A DNA stretch of 64,000 nucleotides, from assembly GCF_006345805.1 (NCBI RefSeq), contig NC_043006.1, forward strand, positions 85,188,001-85,252,000, written 5' to 3'. Of this stretch, positions 26,718 to 38,915 are shown one piece after another (position 1 is the first letter of the stretch; each line of letters opens with the position of its first letter). Source of the DNA: Octopus sinensis. Taxonomy: Eukaryota. The notes under the pieces are model-generated. The model was not told the DNA's origin. It saw only the letters and a list, made by a program, of their open reading frames with translations, and made no database searches. The position numbers were made by a program, and so were the translations under genes.

Positions 26718-26839
26718 TTACTGGTCATGCCATATAACTTGTCAGAATGTTACCATAGGTTTCATGTTGACTACTACACTTAAGCAATATTGAGGACCCT
26801 TCAAATGTACTCTGACTAGTTATATGCCATGACCAGTAA
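26718..26839. repeat. Small foldback, 29-bp arms, between TA-rich tracts
   Basis: ttactggtcatgccatataacttgtcaga (26718-46) versus tctgactagttatatgccatgaccagtaa (26811-39), 2 mismatches. Confidence 0.75.
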
Positions 26840-26919
26840 TATACTACTCAATTATATATATACATATATATATATATTATATATATATATATATTTATAT
26901 ATATTTATATATATATATT

Positions 26920-26998
<79 letters not shown>

Positions 26999-27289
26999 CA
27001 CAGCTTCAAACTGTTTGTTGTCACTTAAAATTTCATGTTTATGATTGCCAAACAATTTCAATACTAACAAGTTGTTTGACAATCAGAAATGCTAGACTTT
27101 TAACTAATAATAGTTAAAATTATATTTTACTAAAATTATATATACTCTACTTTATACAATGAATATCATTTTCCTCTTGTCTGTAATTCCAAGCATATGT
27201 ATGTATGTATACATACACACATATATACATAAAGATGGATTCACTTATTGATATTAGTTTATTCTGTATTCTTTATTATTATTATTATT

Positions 27290-28048
27290 AGTTTCAAATT
27301 TTGGCACAAGGCCAGCAAGTTTGGGTGTGGGGGGGTAAGTCGATTACATCAATCCCAGTGCATAACTGGTACTCAATTTATCGATTCTGAAAGGATGAGA
27401 GGTATGGTTGACCTGGGCAGAATTTGAACTTCTTACATTCTGATTTCAAACTCCACCCAGGTCAACTTTGCCTGTCATCCTTTTTGGGGGTTGATAAAAT
27501 AGGCACCAGTCATACATTGGTGTCAATGTAATTAACTGGTCCCTTCTCACCAAATTTCAGACCTTGTGCCCATAGAAAGGATTATTATTATTATAAAGGC
27601 GGCAAGCTGGCAGAATCATAAGCACACTGCTTAGCAGAATTTCATCTGTCTGCTTGTTTTTATTTCTTTATTGCCCACAAGGGGCTACACACAGAGGGGA
27701 CAAACAAGGACAGAGAAATGGATTAAGTCGATTAGATCGACCCCAGTGCGTAACTGGTACTTATTTAATCGACCCCAAAAGGATGAAAGGCAAAGTCGAC
27801 CTTGTCAGAATTTGAACTCAGAACGTAGCGGCAGACGAAATACTGCTAAGCATTTCGCCCGGCGTGCTAACGATTCTGCCAGCTCGCTGCTGTCTGTTTG
27901 TTCTGGGTTCAAATTCTGCTGATATCGACTTTGCCTTTCATCCTTTCGGGGGTCGAAAGTACCAATGAAACACTAGGGTCGATATAATTGACTAGTCCTC
28001 TCTTCCAAATTGCAGGCCTTGTGCCTATAGTAGAAAGGTTTATTAATA

Positions 28049-28089
<41 letters not shown>

Positions 28090-28090
28090 G
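27290..28090. mobile_element. Mixed-orientation cluster of second-family SINE copies with (ATT)n tails
   Basis: Repeated gtcaactttgcctttcatcc and aagtaccag...ctggggtcga modules on both strands. Confidence 0.8.
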
Positions 28091-28711
28091 TTACTTCTTC
28101 TAGCTGTCCTGCATGTGCTTGTGCTCCCCAAAAAACCTCACCAGTATAAAATTTCTTTTTTTGCTTTTCAGTCATCTCAAATCAGAAAAAAAAAACAAGT
28201 CACGGTACATTCTATCTTACTTCCTTTTTTTTTCCTTTTTTTTTCCCAATATTTTGGTTTTCTGCACTTGACTTTCAAGTTTGTTTTTTTTTTTGTTTTT
28301 TTTTAACTATCAAAATAATATAGACTGCTTTGAAATGGTTTCATTGTTTTTGTTCTGGGTTTAATAATAATACATCTTTAACAGGGTGATTGTTAACCAA
28401 TAATCTTTCTTTCTTTCTCTCTCTCTTTCTTTTTGTCTTTTTGACAAACTAAAATATTGGCTACATTTGCTTCTGTTTTCTGCAACTTCATGGCTTCAAG
28501 CCTTTAAACAAACAGGCTCTGCTTGTAATGGCTTTCTGTTTCTTTTCTTTTTATTTTATTTTTAATTATTTATTTATGCTCCCTGATATTTTCATTTTCA
28601 ATTTTGCTCTCTCTCTCTCTCTCTCTCTCTCCTTCCTTTGGTTTTTTTCTCCTCCTTTCTCTTTACTCTGTCTTTTTCTTTATCATGCTCTCTTTTTTCT
28701 TGTCTCTTTTC

Positions 28712-28789
<78 letters not shown>

Positions 28790-29171
28790 TTCCAGGTTCA
28801 GTCCCACTGCATGGCACCTTGAGCAAGTGTCGCCTACTACAGCCTCAGGCCAACCAAAGCTTTGTGAGTGGATTTGGTAGGCGGAAACTTAAAGAAGCCT
28901 GTTGTATATATATATATATATATATGTAATGCTTATCAATATAGGATTTCATTATAGGGACAGCACTTCTGTGAAATGATCGTATGATGCTTTAAAAACT
29001 TAATTCAGAACTTTTAAACTGTCATATACATTATATATTTATACTTATACATATTTACATATATTTTTATACATATTTATATTTTTAATACAACAATTAT
29101 TTTACACACATATATATCTTTCTAATATTGATTTCCTAATATTAATAATAATATATTATAAAATATATATA

Positions 29172-29325
29172 GGCGTGGCATGTGGTAAGAAGCTTGCTCC
29201 CCAACCACATGGTTCCGGGTTCAGTCCCACTGCATGGCACCTTGAGCAAGTGTCTCCTACTACAGCCTCAGGCCAACCAAAGCCTTGTGAGTGGATTTGG
29301 TAGACGGAAGTTTAAAGAAGCCTGT

Positions 29326-29370
<45 letters not shown>

Positions 29371-29419
29371 ATATATGTGTGTGTGTGTGTGTATATATGT
29401 GTGTGTGTGTGTATATATA

Positions 29420-29450
<31 letters not shown>

Positions 29451-29665
29451 GTGTGTGTGTATGTATATATATATATGTGTGTGTGTATGTATATGTGTGT
29501 GTGTATATATATATATGTGCATGTGTGTATATATATATGTGTGTGTGTGTATATATATATATGTGTGTGTATATATATATATGTGTGTGTGTGTATATAT
29601 ATATGTGCATCTGTGTGTATATATATATGTGTGTGTGTATATATATATATATGTGCATGTGTGTG

Positions 29666-29726
<61 letters not shown>

Positions 29727-30301
29727 ATATATATATGTGTGTGTGTGTATGTATATATATGTGTGTGTGTGTGTATGTATATATGTGTGTGTGTATGTAT
29801 ATATATGTGTGTGTGTGTGTATGTATATATATATGTGTGTGTGTGTGTGTGTATATATATATGTGTGTGTGTGTATGTATATATATGTGTGTGTGTGTGT
29901 ATATATATATGTGTGTGTGTGTTATATATATATGTGTGTGTGTGTATGTATATATATATTGTGTGTGTGTGTTGTGTATGTATATATGTGTGTGGTGTGT
30001 GTGTATGTATATATATATGTGTGTGTGTTGTGTGTATGTATATATATATATGTGTGTGTGTATGTGTATATATATATGGTGTGTGTGTGTGTATGTATAA
30101 TATGTGTGTGTGTGTGTGTGTATGTTATATATGTGTGTGTGTGTGTGTATATATATAGTGTGTGTGTGTATGTATATATATATATGTGTGTGTGTGTGTA
30201 TGTATATATATATGTGTGTGGTGTGTATGTATATGTGTGTGTGTATATATATGTGTGTGTGTGTGTGTATGTATATATATATGTGTGTGTGTGTGTGTAT
30301 G

Positions 30302-30334
<33 letters not shown>

Positions 30335-30464
30335 ATATATATGTGTGTGTGTGTATGTATATATATGTGTGTGTGTGTGTATGTATATATGTGTGTGTGT
30401 GTGTATATATATGTGTGTGTGTGTGTGTATATATATATGTGTGTGTGTGTGTTATATATATATA

Positions 30465-30514
<50 letters not shown>

Positions 30515-30715
30515 TGTGTCTGTGTTTGTACCCCACCATAGTTCCACAACCAATGTTGGTGTGTTTACATCCCCATAATTTAGCAGTTCAGCAAAAGAGG
30601 CCAATAGAATAAGTACTAGGATTGCAAAGAATAAGTCCTGGGATCGATTTGTTCGACTAAAGGCAGTGCTCCAACATGGCCACAGTCAAATGACTGAAAC
30701 AAGTAAAAGAATAAA
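29172..30715 (+). mobile_element. tRNA-derived SINE whose internal TA/TG microsatellite has expanded to ~1.2 kb
   Basis: Head with A-box-like TGGCATGTGG and B-box GGTTCAGTCCC (29172-29325), compound microsatellite (29326-30512), tail ending gactgaaacaagtaaaaga. The same head and tail occur at 33716-34062 around a short microsatellite. Confidence 0.85.
29326..30512. repeat. Compound (TA)n(TG)n microsatellite, ~1.2 kb
   Basis: Directly visible; it produces the spurious 476/269-aa CVCVYI ORFs. Confidence 0.98.
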
Positions 30716-30945
30716 ATAATATACACATTTATAAACACACACACACACATCAGCTCTTTCTTTCTCTTTCTCTCTCGTTTCTATCTCTCTTGTTTGAACT
30801 TGAGAAGCAAAACCTTTTTCTCTTTTTTTTTTTGTTTTCTTTTCACTTTTTTTTTGTTCCATATTTTTATTTGGATGAGTTGTTATCAGATTTTTAGTTT
30901 TGTCTAATCATCAATAGTTTACTAGTCTTGCATGGGATGTGTGTA

Positions 30946-30989
<44 letters not shown>

Positions 30990-33284
30990 TACTCTTTGAA
31001 GCTCCAGTTTTAATGGTGCTGCTAGAATTGAAGTGTAGTTAATATTTCTTTTTTATTACTGATGTTATGTATTGATTTTCTTGAAAATGCAAAAAGAAAC
31101 ATTTCAAATTTCCTTTTTACCGTTTGTATGCCTAATTATCAAGGCAGTTATCAGAGGCAATGCCAAAGCCATGAAAACTTTGCTATTATAGAAAGCAGAA
31201 AGGTACGGGCAAGGCATGGATGAGTGGTTAAGAAGCTTGCTTCGCAATCATATGGTTTTGGGTTCAGTCCTGCTGTACAGCACCTTGGACAAGTATTTTC
31301 TGCTGTAGCCCTGGACTAATGAAAGCCTAGTGAGAGGGAATCATATGTTGATTTCCTGATATTAATAATAATATATATATATATAAATATATATAGGCGT
31401 GGCATGTGATAAGAAGCTTGCTTCCCAACCACATGGTTCCAGGTTCAGTCCCACTGCATGGCACCTTGAGCAAGTGTCTCATACTATCTTGATTTCCTTT
31501 GACTACATACCTGGGAATAGTAACATTCTTCTGATATTAATTTCTTGTGTAGATTGAACCTTTACTCAGGTGTTAAGATAACAATTAGGTTGTTTATTAT
31601 GCCCAGAAAGAATGTCTTATGCTTGTAGTTGTACTGAGGTTTGTCTCTGGCTGATAGGCTGTGCATCAGTAGATGTTTCTACTAAGGCACATTACAGCCT
31701 CATAACTTAATAAAAAGAAAAATATCTGTGTGTGTGTTTTACATCTGCAATTGCTTCTACAAAATTGTAGTGGGCAGTGTTGCTATTATCAGGTTCTCCT
31801 GTCAACAACTCATCCTGGCATTTGATGCCTTCAAAGCCATGTAGAAATAGGGAAACTCACTTGAAAAACAGGTAAGAATCAGCACTATGAAGAGCATCCA
31901 GCTGTGAAATAATGCTTCAGTATGTTTGTCCAACATGTGCAAGCAAGATTTAGATTTGTCAGGTGCTGTGAAGGTGCCTGGCCTTGTGATTAAAGTGTTA
32001 CATTCATGATCCTAAGATCATCGTTTCAATTTCTGGACAGAGTGGTGTGTTGTGTTCTTGAACTAAACACTTCATTTCATGTTGCTCCAATCTGCTCCTC
32101 TGATAAAAATGAGTAATCCTGTGATGGACTGACGTCCCTTCCAAGGAGGAGTATATACACAAGAGAAGCTGAGCCCTTTGCTCCTTACAGAGTAACATGT
32201 ACTGACCACTCAGACTCATTAGGCTGAAGCTTAACCTAGTTTTCATGATGTTATTAGTGACTGAGGTTACAACATGCTCACCTGAATGGGATGCTAGTCC
32301 TTCATAGGGTTAACTTCCCAGTTATTGCTAGAACTCATTTACAGCTGAGTGCTGGTGCCATGTAAAAAGCACTTGTATTGGTGCCACATCAAAGTGCTCA
32401 TGCTGGTGCCATGTTAAAAGCATCCAGTACACACTGTAAAGTGGTTGGCATTAGGAATGGCATCCAGCTGTAGAAACCACACCAAATCAGATTGGAACCT
32501 GGTGCAGATCTTCAGTTTGCCAGCATGGAAGATGGACATTCAAGGATGTCGATGATGGACTGGGGCAATGTGAAATGAAGTGTTTTACTCAAGAACACAA
32601 CACACTGTTCTGTTCAGGAATTGAAACCACAATCTTAAGATCATGAGTGCAACACTCTCACCACTAGGCTACGTGCCTTTACTCCAAGCATGAGGGATCG
32701 GGGAAGTACAAAAACAGACATTAAAGAAACAGCTTAATTACAGTTATCAAATAGGTAGAACAGCAGATCTGTGATTTTTAAATTTTTGGTGAAACAAACA
32801 AAAAATATTAGTCAGAAGGTAACTTGGAATAAACATAGTCTCAGACCTCAGACATCTAAGGTGAGTGCAGTTAGATAAATTGAAAGATAAAAATGATGAG
32901 ATGCTATCGAGTACAAGCTGTTAATCTGACTGATGCCAAAGAAAGGAAACAGATCAAAGACAGGGTATTTAAAGAATAAAGCAGCATATAATTGCTACAC
33001 ACTTTTTTTTTCTGTTATTTCATGTCTCATAATTAATTCTTTTTATTTAGTAATAATAATAATAAAATTGCTAGAATGAAAGTCTTTTGAAATTTATTGA
33101 TTTTATACTTTATGACTATACAGGAATTTATTCTTCAGAATGGTTGAACTTAGTTAATTCCAGGTTGATTCTCCCATTTTAGTAACCCAAAGTAGTATTC
33201 TATGTAAAATGGCATGGCATCTGTTTTGATGCTGTTTTATTTTTGTTCAATTTTCTTTTTCTTATTATTCAGTTCTGTTAAAGC

Positions 33285-33712
33285 TAGCAAGCTGGCAGAA
33301 TTGTCAGCACACTTGGCAAAATGCTTAGTGGCATTTCGTCTGTCTTTACATTCTGAGTTCAAATTCCATCGAGGTCGACTTCGCCTTTCATCCTTTCTAG
33401 GTTGATAAAATAAGTACCAGTTGAACACTTGGGTTGATATAATTGACATCCCCTCTACCGAACTTGCTGTATTTGTGCCAAAATCAATTTCCAATTATGC
33501 TCTTAGCAAACAAGTGTTTAAAATAGATTTGGATTAATATTGGTTTTAGATTTTGGCACAAGGCCAGCAAGTTTGGGGAAGGGGTTGAGTCAATTATATC
33601 GACCCCAGTACTCAACTGGTACTTATTTTATCAACTTAGAATGTAAAGACGGACGAATTGCCACTAAGCATTTTGCCAAGCATGCTGACGATTCTGCAAG
33701 CTTGCCAGCTTT
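33285..33712. mobile_element. Tail-to-tail inverted pair of second-family SINEs
   Basis: + copy at 33285-33490 and - copy at 33545-33712. Confidence 0.8.
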
Positions 33713-33715
33713 GGT

Positions 33716-33823
33716 GCAGGAGTGGCTGTGTGGCATCTTGGGCAACAATCTTCTACTATAGCCTCGGGCGGACCAAAGCCTTGTGAGTGGATTTGGTTGA
33801 CAGAAACTGAAAGAAGCCCGTCG

Positions 33824-33858
<35 letters not shown>

Positions 33859-34062
33859 GTTTGTGTGTTTGTCCCCCTCCTCCACCATTGCTTGACAACC
33901 GATGGTGGTGTGTTTACATCCCTGTAACTTAGCAGTTCAGCCAATGAGACTGATAGAATAAATACTAGGCTTACAAAGTATAAGTCCTGGGGTCGATTTG
34001 TTTTACTAAAGGCGGTGCTCCAGGATGGCCACAGTCAAATGACTAAAACAAAAGAATATATA
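33716..34062 (+). mobile_element. Microsatellite-containing tRNA-SINE (head partly deleted)
   Basis: Matches the head, (TA)n and tail of the 29172-30715 copy. Confidence 0.82.
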
Positions 34063-34951
34063 TATAGGCACGGGCATGGCTGTGTAGTAAGAAGTTTGCT
34101 TCCCAAACACATGGTTCCAGATTCAGTCCCTCTACATTTTATTACTGTTCTGGTTTTCTCAAACCATTATGATTTCCAAGTGAGTCAAACACTCCACTGA
34201 TGAGGCCAGGGAAAACTGTGGTGACACATAGGGTCTTTTTTTATTTTTTAGTGGGACATGGAATTGTGAAATTTTCTTCTTTTTTTTCTTAGTCAATAAT
34301 GTAATTTTTTCTTGTACTCAATACTTAATAAAAGAGTTACTAGTAGATTCTTTTGTATTAAATAATTGTGATAAAATATTAAAAATGTTTTTTTCCCAAC
34401 CAACAGTAGGAGCATACATTTTTCTGGAAAGTTATAGAGGGGCCTGGGGGAAAATAGGTTGGGAAATACTGTTAAGTTTTTATGAAAGTGCCTTTATATT
34501 AGTTTCATAGTAATTTGGTTTAGAATAGCAGAAATGTAAATGTTTCTGGTCACGTTGCAAAAAGAAAAATGTACAAAAAGAAATTTCTAAATCGGTAAAA
34601 CTTTACTTAATGTCCTGTCGGTCAATCTTTGACAATTAATAATCTGTTTTAATTGGTTCTGCTGGTCTGTTGAAGAATCTCAAACAATCTGTTCAGTTTT
34701 TACTATAGCATTGGTAAATTTCATTAACTTGTTGGTGTGGTTGGTTTTGATATTTTCAAAAATCTGCTGTTTCAAAGTTAACCTGCTTATTTTTAATTCC
34801 AAAACCTACACAGAAAACATCTGTGTGAACTTTCATTTACAGCTTTTGCACGCAAAATACTAACACAACCTTCTACATAAAAAAAAAAAAAACTTTAAAT
34901 TGATCCTTTTAAACATGTTTTTATTTTTATCTTGGTTTTTGTTTTCTCCAG

Positions 34952-35393
34952 ACTACTGACAGCGCTAGTACCGGGGTTGACAATCGAGGAATTGATTCGA
35001 ATGCATCTACACCGTCTGAGAATCCACCCTCTACTAGTTCCACCTGGAATAATTGGCCTAGCACTCCACACGTACAAAATTCTGATCCGCCTCGCCCGCA
35101 CACTATTTCTTCGGCTTATGAAAAGACACACTCTCGACCTGCTCTCTCAGATCAAGTGTTCGTGGCTCCATCATCGTCTAGAGACATGCTGGATCAAATA
35201 GTCCAGTCACATGACCCTGCCCAGACACAACAGGTATCACCCTACGGTCACATCAGGGCCGAGCGACCCAAAAGTGCTATTGGGGGTGCCACATCCCGGC
35301 CGACATCTGCCACTATAATCAAGATGCAACCTGTTATGCCGCCTCTTGGACCAAAGCCCAAGAGTAAAGCAGTGCCTCCGCCCACAATACCAG
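34952..35393 (+). CDS. MTSS1: Large MTSS1-like exon, Ser/Pro-rich with RPHTISSAYEK motif (TTDSASTG...PRPHTISSAYEKTHSRPALSDQVF...PPLGPKPKSKAVPPPTIP)
   Basis: Acceptor tttttgttttctccAG at 34950-34951, 442-nt open GC-richer stretch, donor CAG|GTTTGG (phase 1). RPHTISSAYEK is the motif I recall from invertebrate MIM proteins. Confidence 0.9.
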
Positions 35394-35693
35394 GTTTGGA
35401 TTATTTATTTTTAATCATTCGTTAATATTTTGAATTTATTTACTAAATAGATTAAGAAAACAAACTCTACCATTTTTTCTTTACCTTTGTAAATGACATA
35501 AAGTAGTTCAGTTTAGAAACATTATGTAATTATAGATTTAGTCTTGATGTTGTATCTTTGCTGCTGTAGAGTTTTCTTTTATCTTTAAAACATTAAAATA
35601 AAGCACTTTTATACGCATATAGGTGAATGTGTGCATGAGCAGTCAGAACTCCTGATAGAACATTTTTTTTTATATAATCAGGGACTCATTTAA

Positions 35694-35752
35694 CCCTTTT
35701 GTTACCATATTTCTGTTTCAGTTAATTTTGGAAATAATAAAGAATTTAGCAA

Positions 35753-35794
<42 letters not shown>

Positions 35795-35923
35795 GAAGCT
35801 GATGTTTCAAACATAAAATTTAACGTGGAAATTTGGTATCAGGTCTTAATTTAGATCACTTTAAAACACCAAGTTTGTATTAGAGAACTATGGCTGATCT
35901 CAAGCAGTTTGGTATCAAAAGGA
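35694..35923. mobile_element. piggyBac-type MITE (second family); relative at 36236-36515, right-end fragment ending at 4207
   Basis: TTAA|CCCTTTTGTTACC ... GGTATCAAAAGG(A/G)|TTAA. Confidence 0.78.
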
Positions 35924-37300
35924 TTAACTTCTTAATGTCATAAGGAATTCCTGATTAAGTCATTACAAAATATCAAACTGAAATGTGGTCAGTTAACAAT
36001 CTGAGATAATTTGGTGTCAAAAAGTTAAAAGCATTTCTTAAAATCTCTAAGATGGATATTTGAATTTTGTAATGTTTAATAAGATTTTCACATTCTATTA
36101 AATTTACTTCACCTAAAAAAAAAGTTTAAATTCTTATAAACTTTTGCTGGGGATAAAACTAATACTGTGTCTGTTGATTCAGTGGTTTATATGTAAGCTT
36201 GAAGGAACTTAAATTATGGATAACGAAAAACATGTCTTTTGTTACCATATTTCTGTTGAAATACACTGCCTTTGTTTCAATTAATTTTGAAAATAACAAA
36301 GGATTTAGTAATATATTTGGAACATAGATCATAAATTAATATATAACTTTGATAGAATTTTTTAAATTTTGATTCATAGAACCAGGGTCAGTCTTGGACA
36401 GATTGGTCACCAAAAGTTAATATGTGAATAAAGGTTTTGAATTTAAATGACTTTAAAAGAGGAAGTTTGTATCATAGAACCAGGGCTGGTCTCAGGCAGG
36501 TTGGTATCAAAAGGGTTAATAATGCATGTTTTCTAGGTGATAGAAATTATATTTTTACTTGTCAAATTTTAGTATATTGAGGCAAAATAGATGCCTAGAA
36601 AAAGGAGTTGTTAAATAGAGAGAGAGACCTTTTAATAAGCCATGTGAACAAGTTTGGGACGTTTAACAAATGACAGTATATTAGTTAGTCCTATAAAGTA
36701 TTTGATAAAAGAACAAAGCAAAAAAAAAAAAACATATATATTCTTCATATATCAAAGAATTTGTGACTATATCATAATTCTATACTTTTATTTTCTGTAT
36801 CATAATCTTTTATCTTTTTTGTGATTATTTCATACATTTTCAGGTTTGTATGTCTTGTTTATTGATTAATTAATTCATTTAATTAGTCATCCAATTACTT
36901 GTTTCTTTGAAAACCTTCTATTCTTAGACATTCTTTAGTACTATGATTGCAATATTTCAATATTTGTTTTAAAATTTTCAGAAAAATAACTTTGGCATTG
37001 ACAACAAACTTTTTGTTTTTTTGTTATTGTTTTCCAAAACATCAATCAGCAGATATTTTATTCTGTCAACTGTGCAAGGCACGCTTTGTCACATTGGATG
37101 GTTCCCTTTCTTCATTTGCAAGTTCAGTTTGATCACAGCTCTCTGATATTAACAGGATTTTAATTTTTTTGGTCTTGGAACAAAGAACTAATTTCAAGGA
37201 CATCAACTTTGGCATCTTTGTTGAACAATTTTTTTTGTTTTTTTTTTAACATCAAATGTGTTAGGTGAAAGAAACTGAAAGTTAGGTGTGTGTGTGTGAA

Positions 37301-37527
37301 GGCGATGAGCTGGCAGAAACGTTAGCACGCTGGGCGAAATGCTTAGCGGTATTTCGTCTGCCGCTACGTTCTGAGTTCAAATTCCGCCGAGGTCGACTTT
37401 GCCTTTCATCCTTTCGAGGTCAAATAAGTACCAGCTACACACTGGGGTCGATGTAATCGACTTAATCCATTTGTCTGTCCTTGTTTGTCCCCTGTGTTTA
37501 GCCCCTCGTGGGTAGTAAACAAATAGG
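37301..37527 (+). mobile_element. Young-looking, full-length copy of a second tRNA-SINE family (gagctggcagaaacgttagcac...)
   Basis: A-box-like TGGCAGAA, B-box GAGTTCAAATTCC, CpG-rich; near-identical relatives at 44041-44273 (+) and 27660-27890 (-). Confidence 0.88.
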
Positions 37528-37926
37528 TGTGTGTGTGTGTACACTTGCATGTGTGCTTTCATATTTGTGTATGCATGCCTTGAGTTTCTTTTTCTTCTGG
37601 CTGGATACTACAATCACAATCTAAACCAATTCTTACAATGTCTAATCATTGTGGATCATTGTTATCATTTTAATGATCACTTTTCCATATTTCCATAGGC
37701 CAGGCAAAATTTATTGAGGTAGATTTTCTACAGTCGGATGCTCATCCTGTTGCCAACCTTCACCTGTTTTCAAGCAAGGTAGTATATCCCCATCACTGGA
37801 GGATAGGTTTTGGCACAATATTGGAAAGGAATAATATTGCTTGTATGACAGTGATACTCATTTGCAATTATCTGTTGTGTGATGTCAAGACAAGAAGATG
37901 TAAACACACATGCACACACACATATG

Positions 37927-37973
<47 letters not shown>

Positions 37974-37979
<6 letters not shown>

Positions 37980-38209
37980 AAATACAAAATGGGACAAGAA
38001 CGCAAAACATCCAGACAACTAGGTGATACAAAAAGGGACAACAACTCAGCCGAAATTGCGAGGATGATCCGATTCTTAACTGAAGATAAAAGGCTTCAAA
38101 TGACCCGTCAGTGTTTTTTGTATCGTCTATCTGGATGTTTTGTTGTCCCTTTTTGTATCATCTAGTTGTCTGGATGTTTTGCATTCTTGTCCCATTTTGT
38201 CTTTTATTT

Positions 38210-38210
<1 letters not shown>
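37974..38210. repeat. Foldback element with 71-bp inverted arms inserted in (TA)n
   Basis: 37974-38044 is the reverse complement of 38140-38210 with few mismatches; (TA)n on both sides. Confidence 0.85.
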
Positions 38211-38258
<48 letters not shown>

Positions 38259-38769
38259 AACAGCGTACATACACTTTGTTCTCATATATGTAAGTACACA
38301 TTTCACTAAATATATATATGTGTATATATATTCATAGGGGTTTGTGGCCAATGATGGAGTCACATAACTGACCCGTTAAAAGTACCGTTCAGTTGTCAAG
38401 TGATATGCTGTGCTTGTGAAGACCTGTTGAACTGAGTGAAATTGTAGTTGTGGCCGATGCCAGTGTTGTCTGACTGGCACCCATGCCAGTGGAACATAAA
38501 AAGCACCTTTCAAGCTTTGGGCTTCATGGAGGCAGTGACAGGTGACCAAGACCCTTGGTGATACATCATGCTTGTGTTGATCCATCAAGCCAAATGAGAC
38601 CATAGTCATGGTCAATGGCATGTAAAAAGTACCCACTACACTCTTGGAGTGGTTGGCATTAGTAGAAACCTTGCCAAATCAGATTGGAACCTGGTGCAGC
38701 CCCACCCCTGGCTTACTAGTTTCCAGTCAAACCCTCCAACCCATGCCAGCATGGAAAGCAGACATTAAA

Positions 38770-38915
38770 CAATGATGATAATGATTACCTAATCCATTCA
38801 TAAGGCTTTGGTTGGCCTGGCCCAATAGTAGAAGACACTTGCCCAAGGTATCATTTGGTGGGACTGAACCTGAAGGCATGTGGTTGGGAACCGAACTTCT
38901 TAACCACACAGCCAC
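38770..38915 (-). mobile_element. Antisense head fragment of the same tRNA-SINE
   Basis: Reverse complement of tggctgtgtggttaagaag...ggttcagtccc...gggcaagtgtcttctact. Confidence 0.75.

Noticed and set aside
29182-30612. 476-aa and 269-aa ORFs (CVCVYI.../HTHIY...)
   Set aside because: These are translations of a TA/TG microsatellite that lacks stop codons; they are not genes. The same applies to the many YIYI/SLSL ORFs in the track.
34190-34235. CTGATGA...GAAA words (also at ~2385, 17711 minus and 54460 minus)
   Set aside because: They lack a properly paired stem II, a UH site or stem I, so they are not called as hammerheads.
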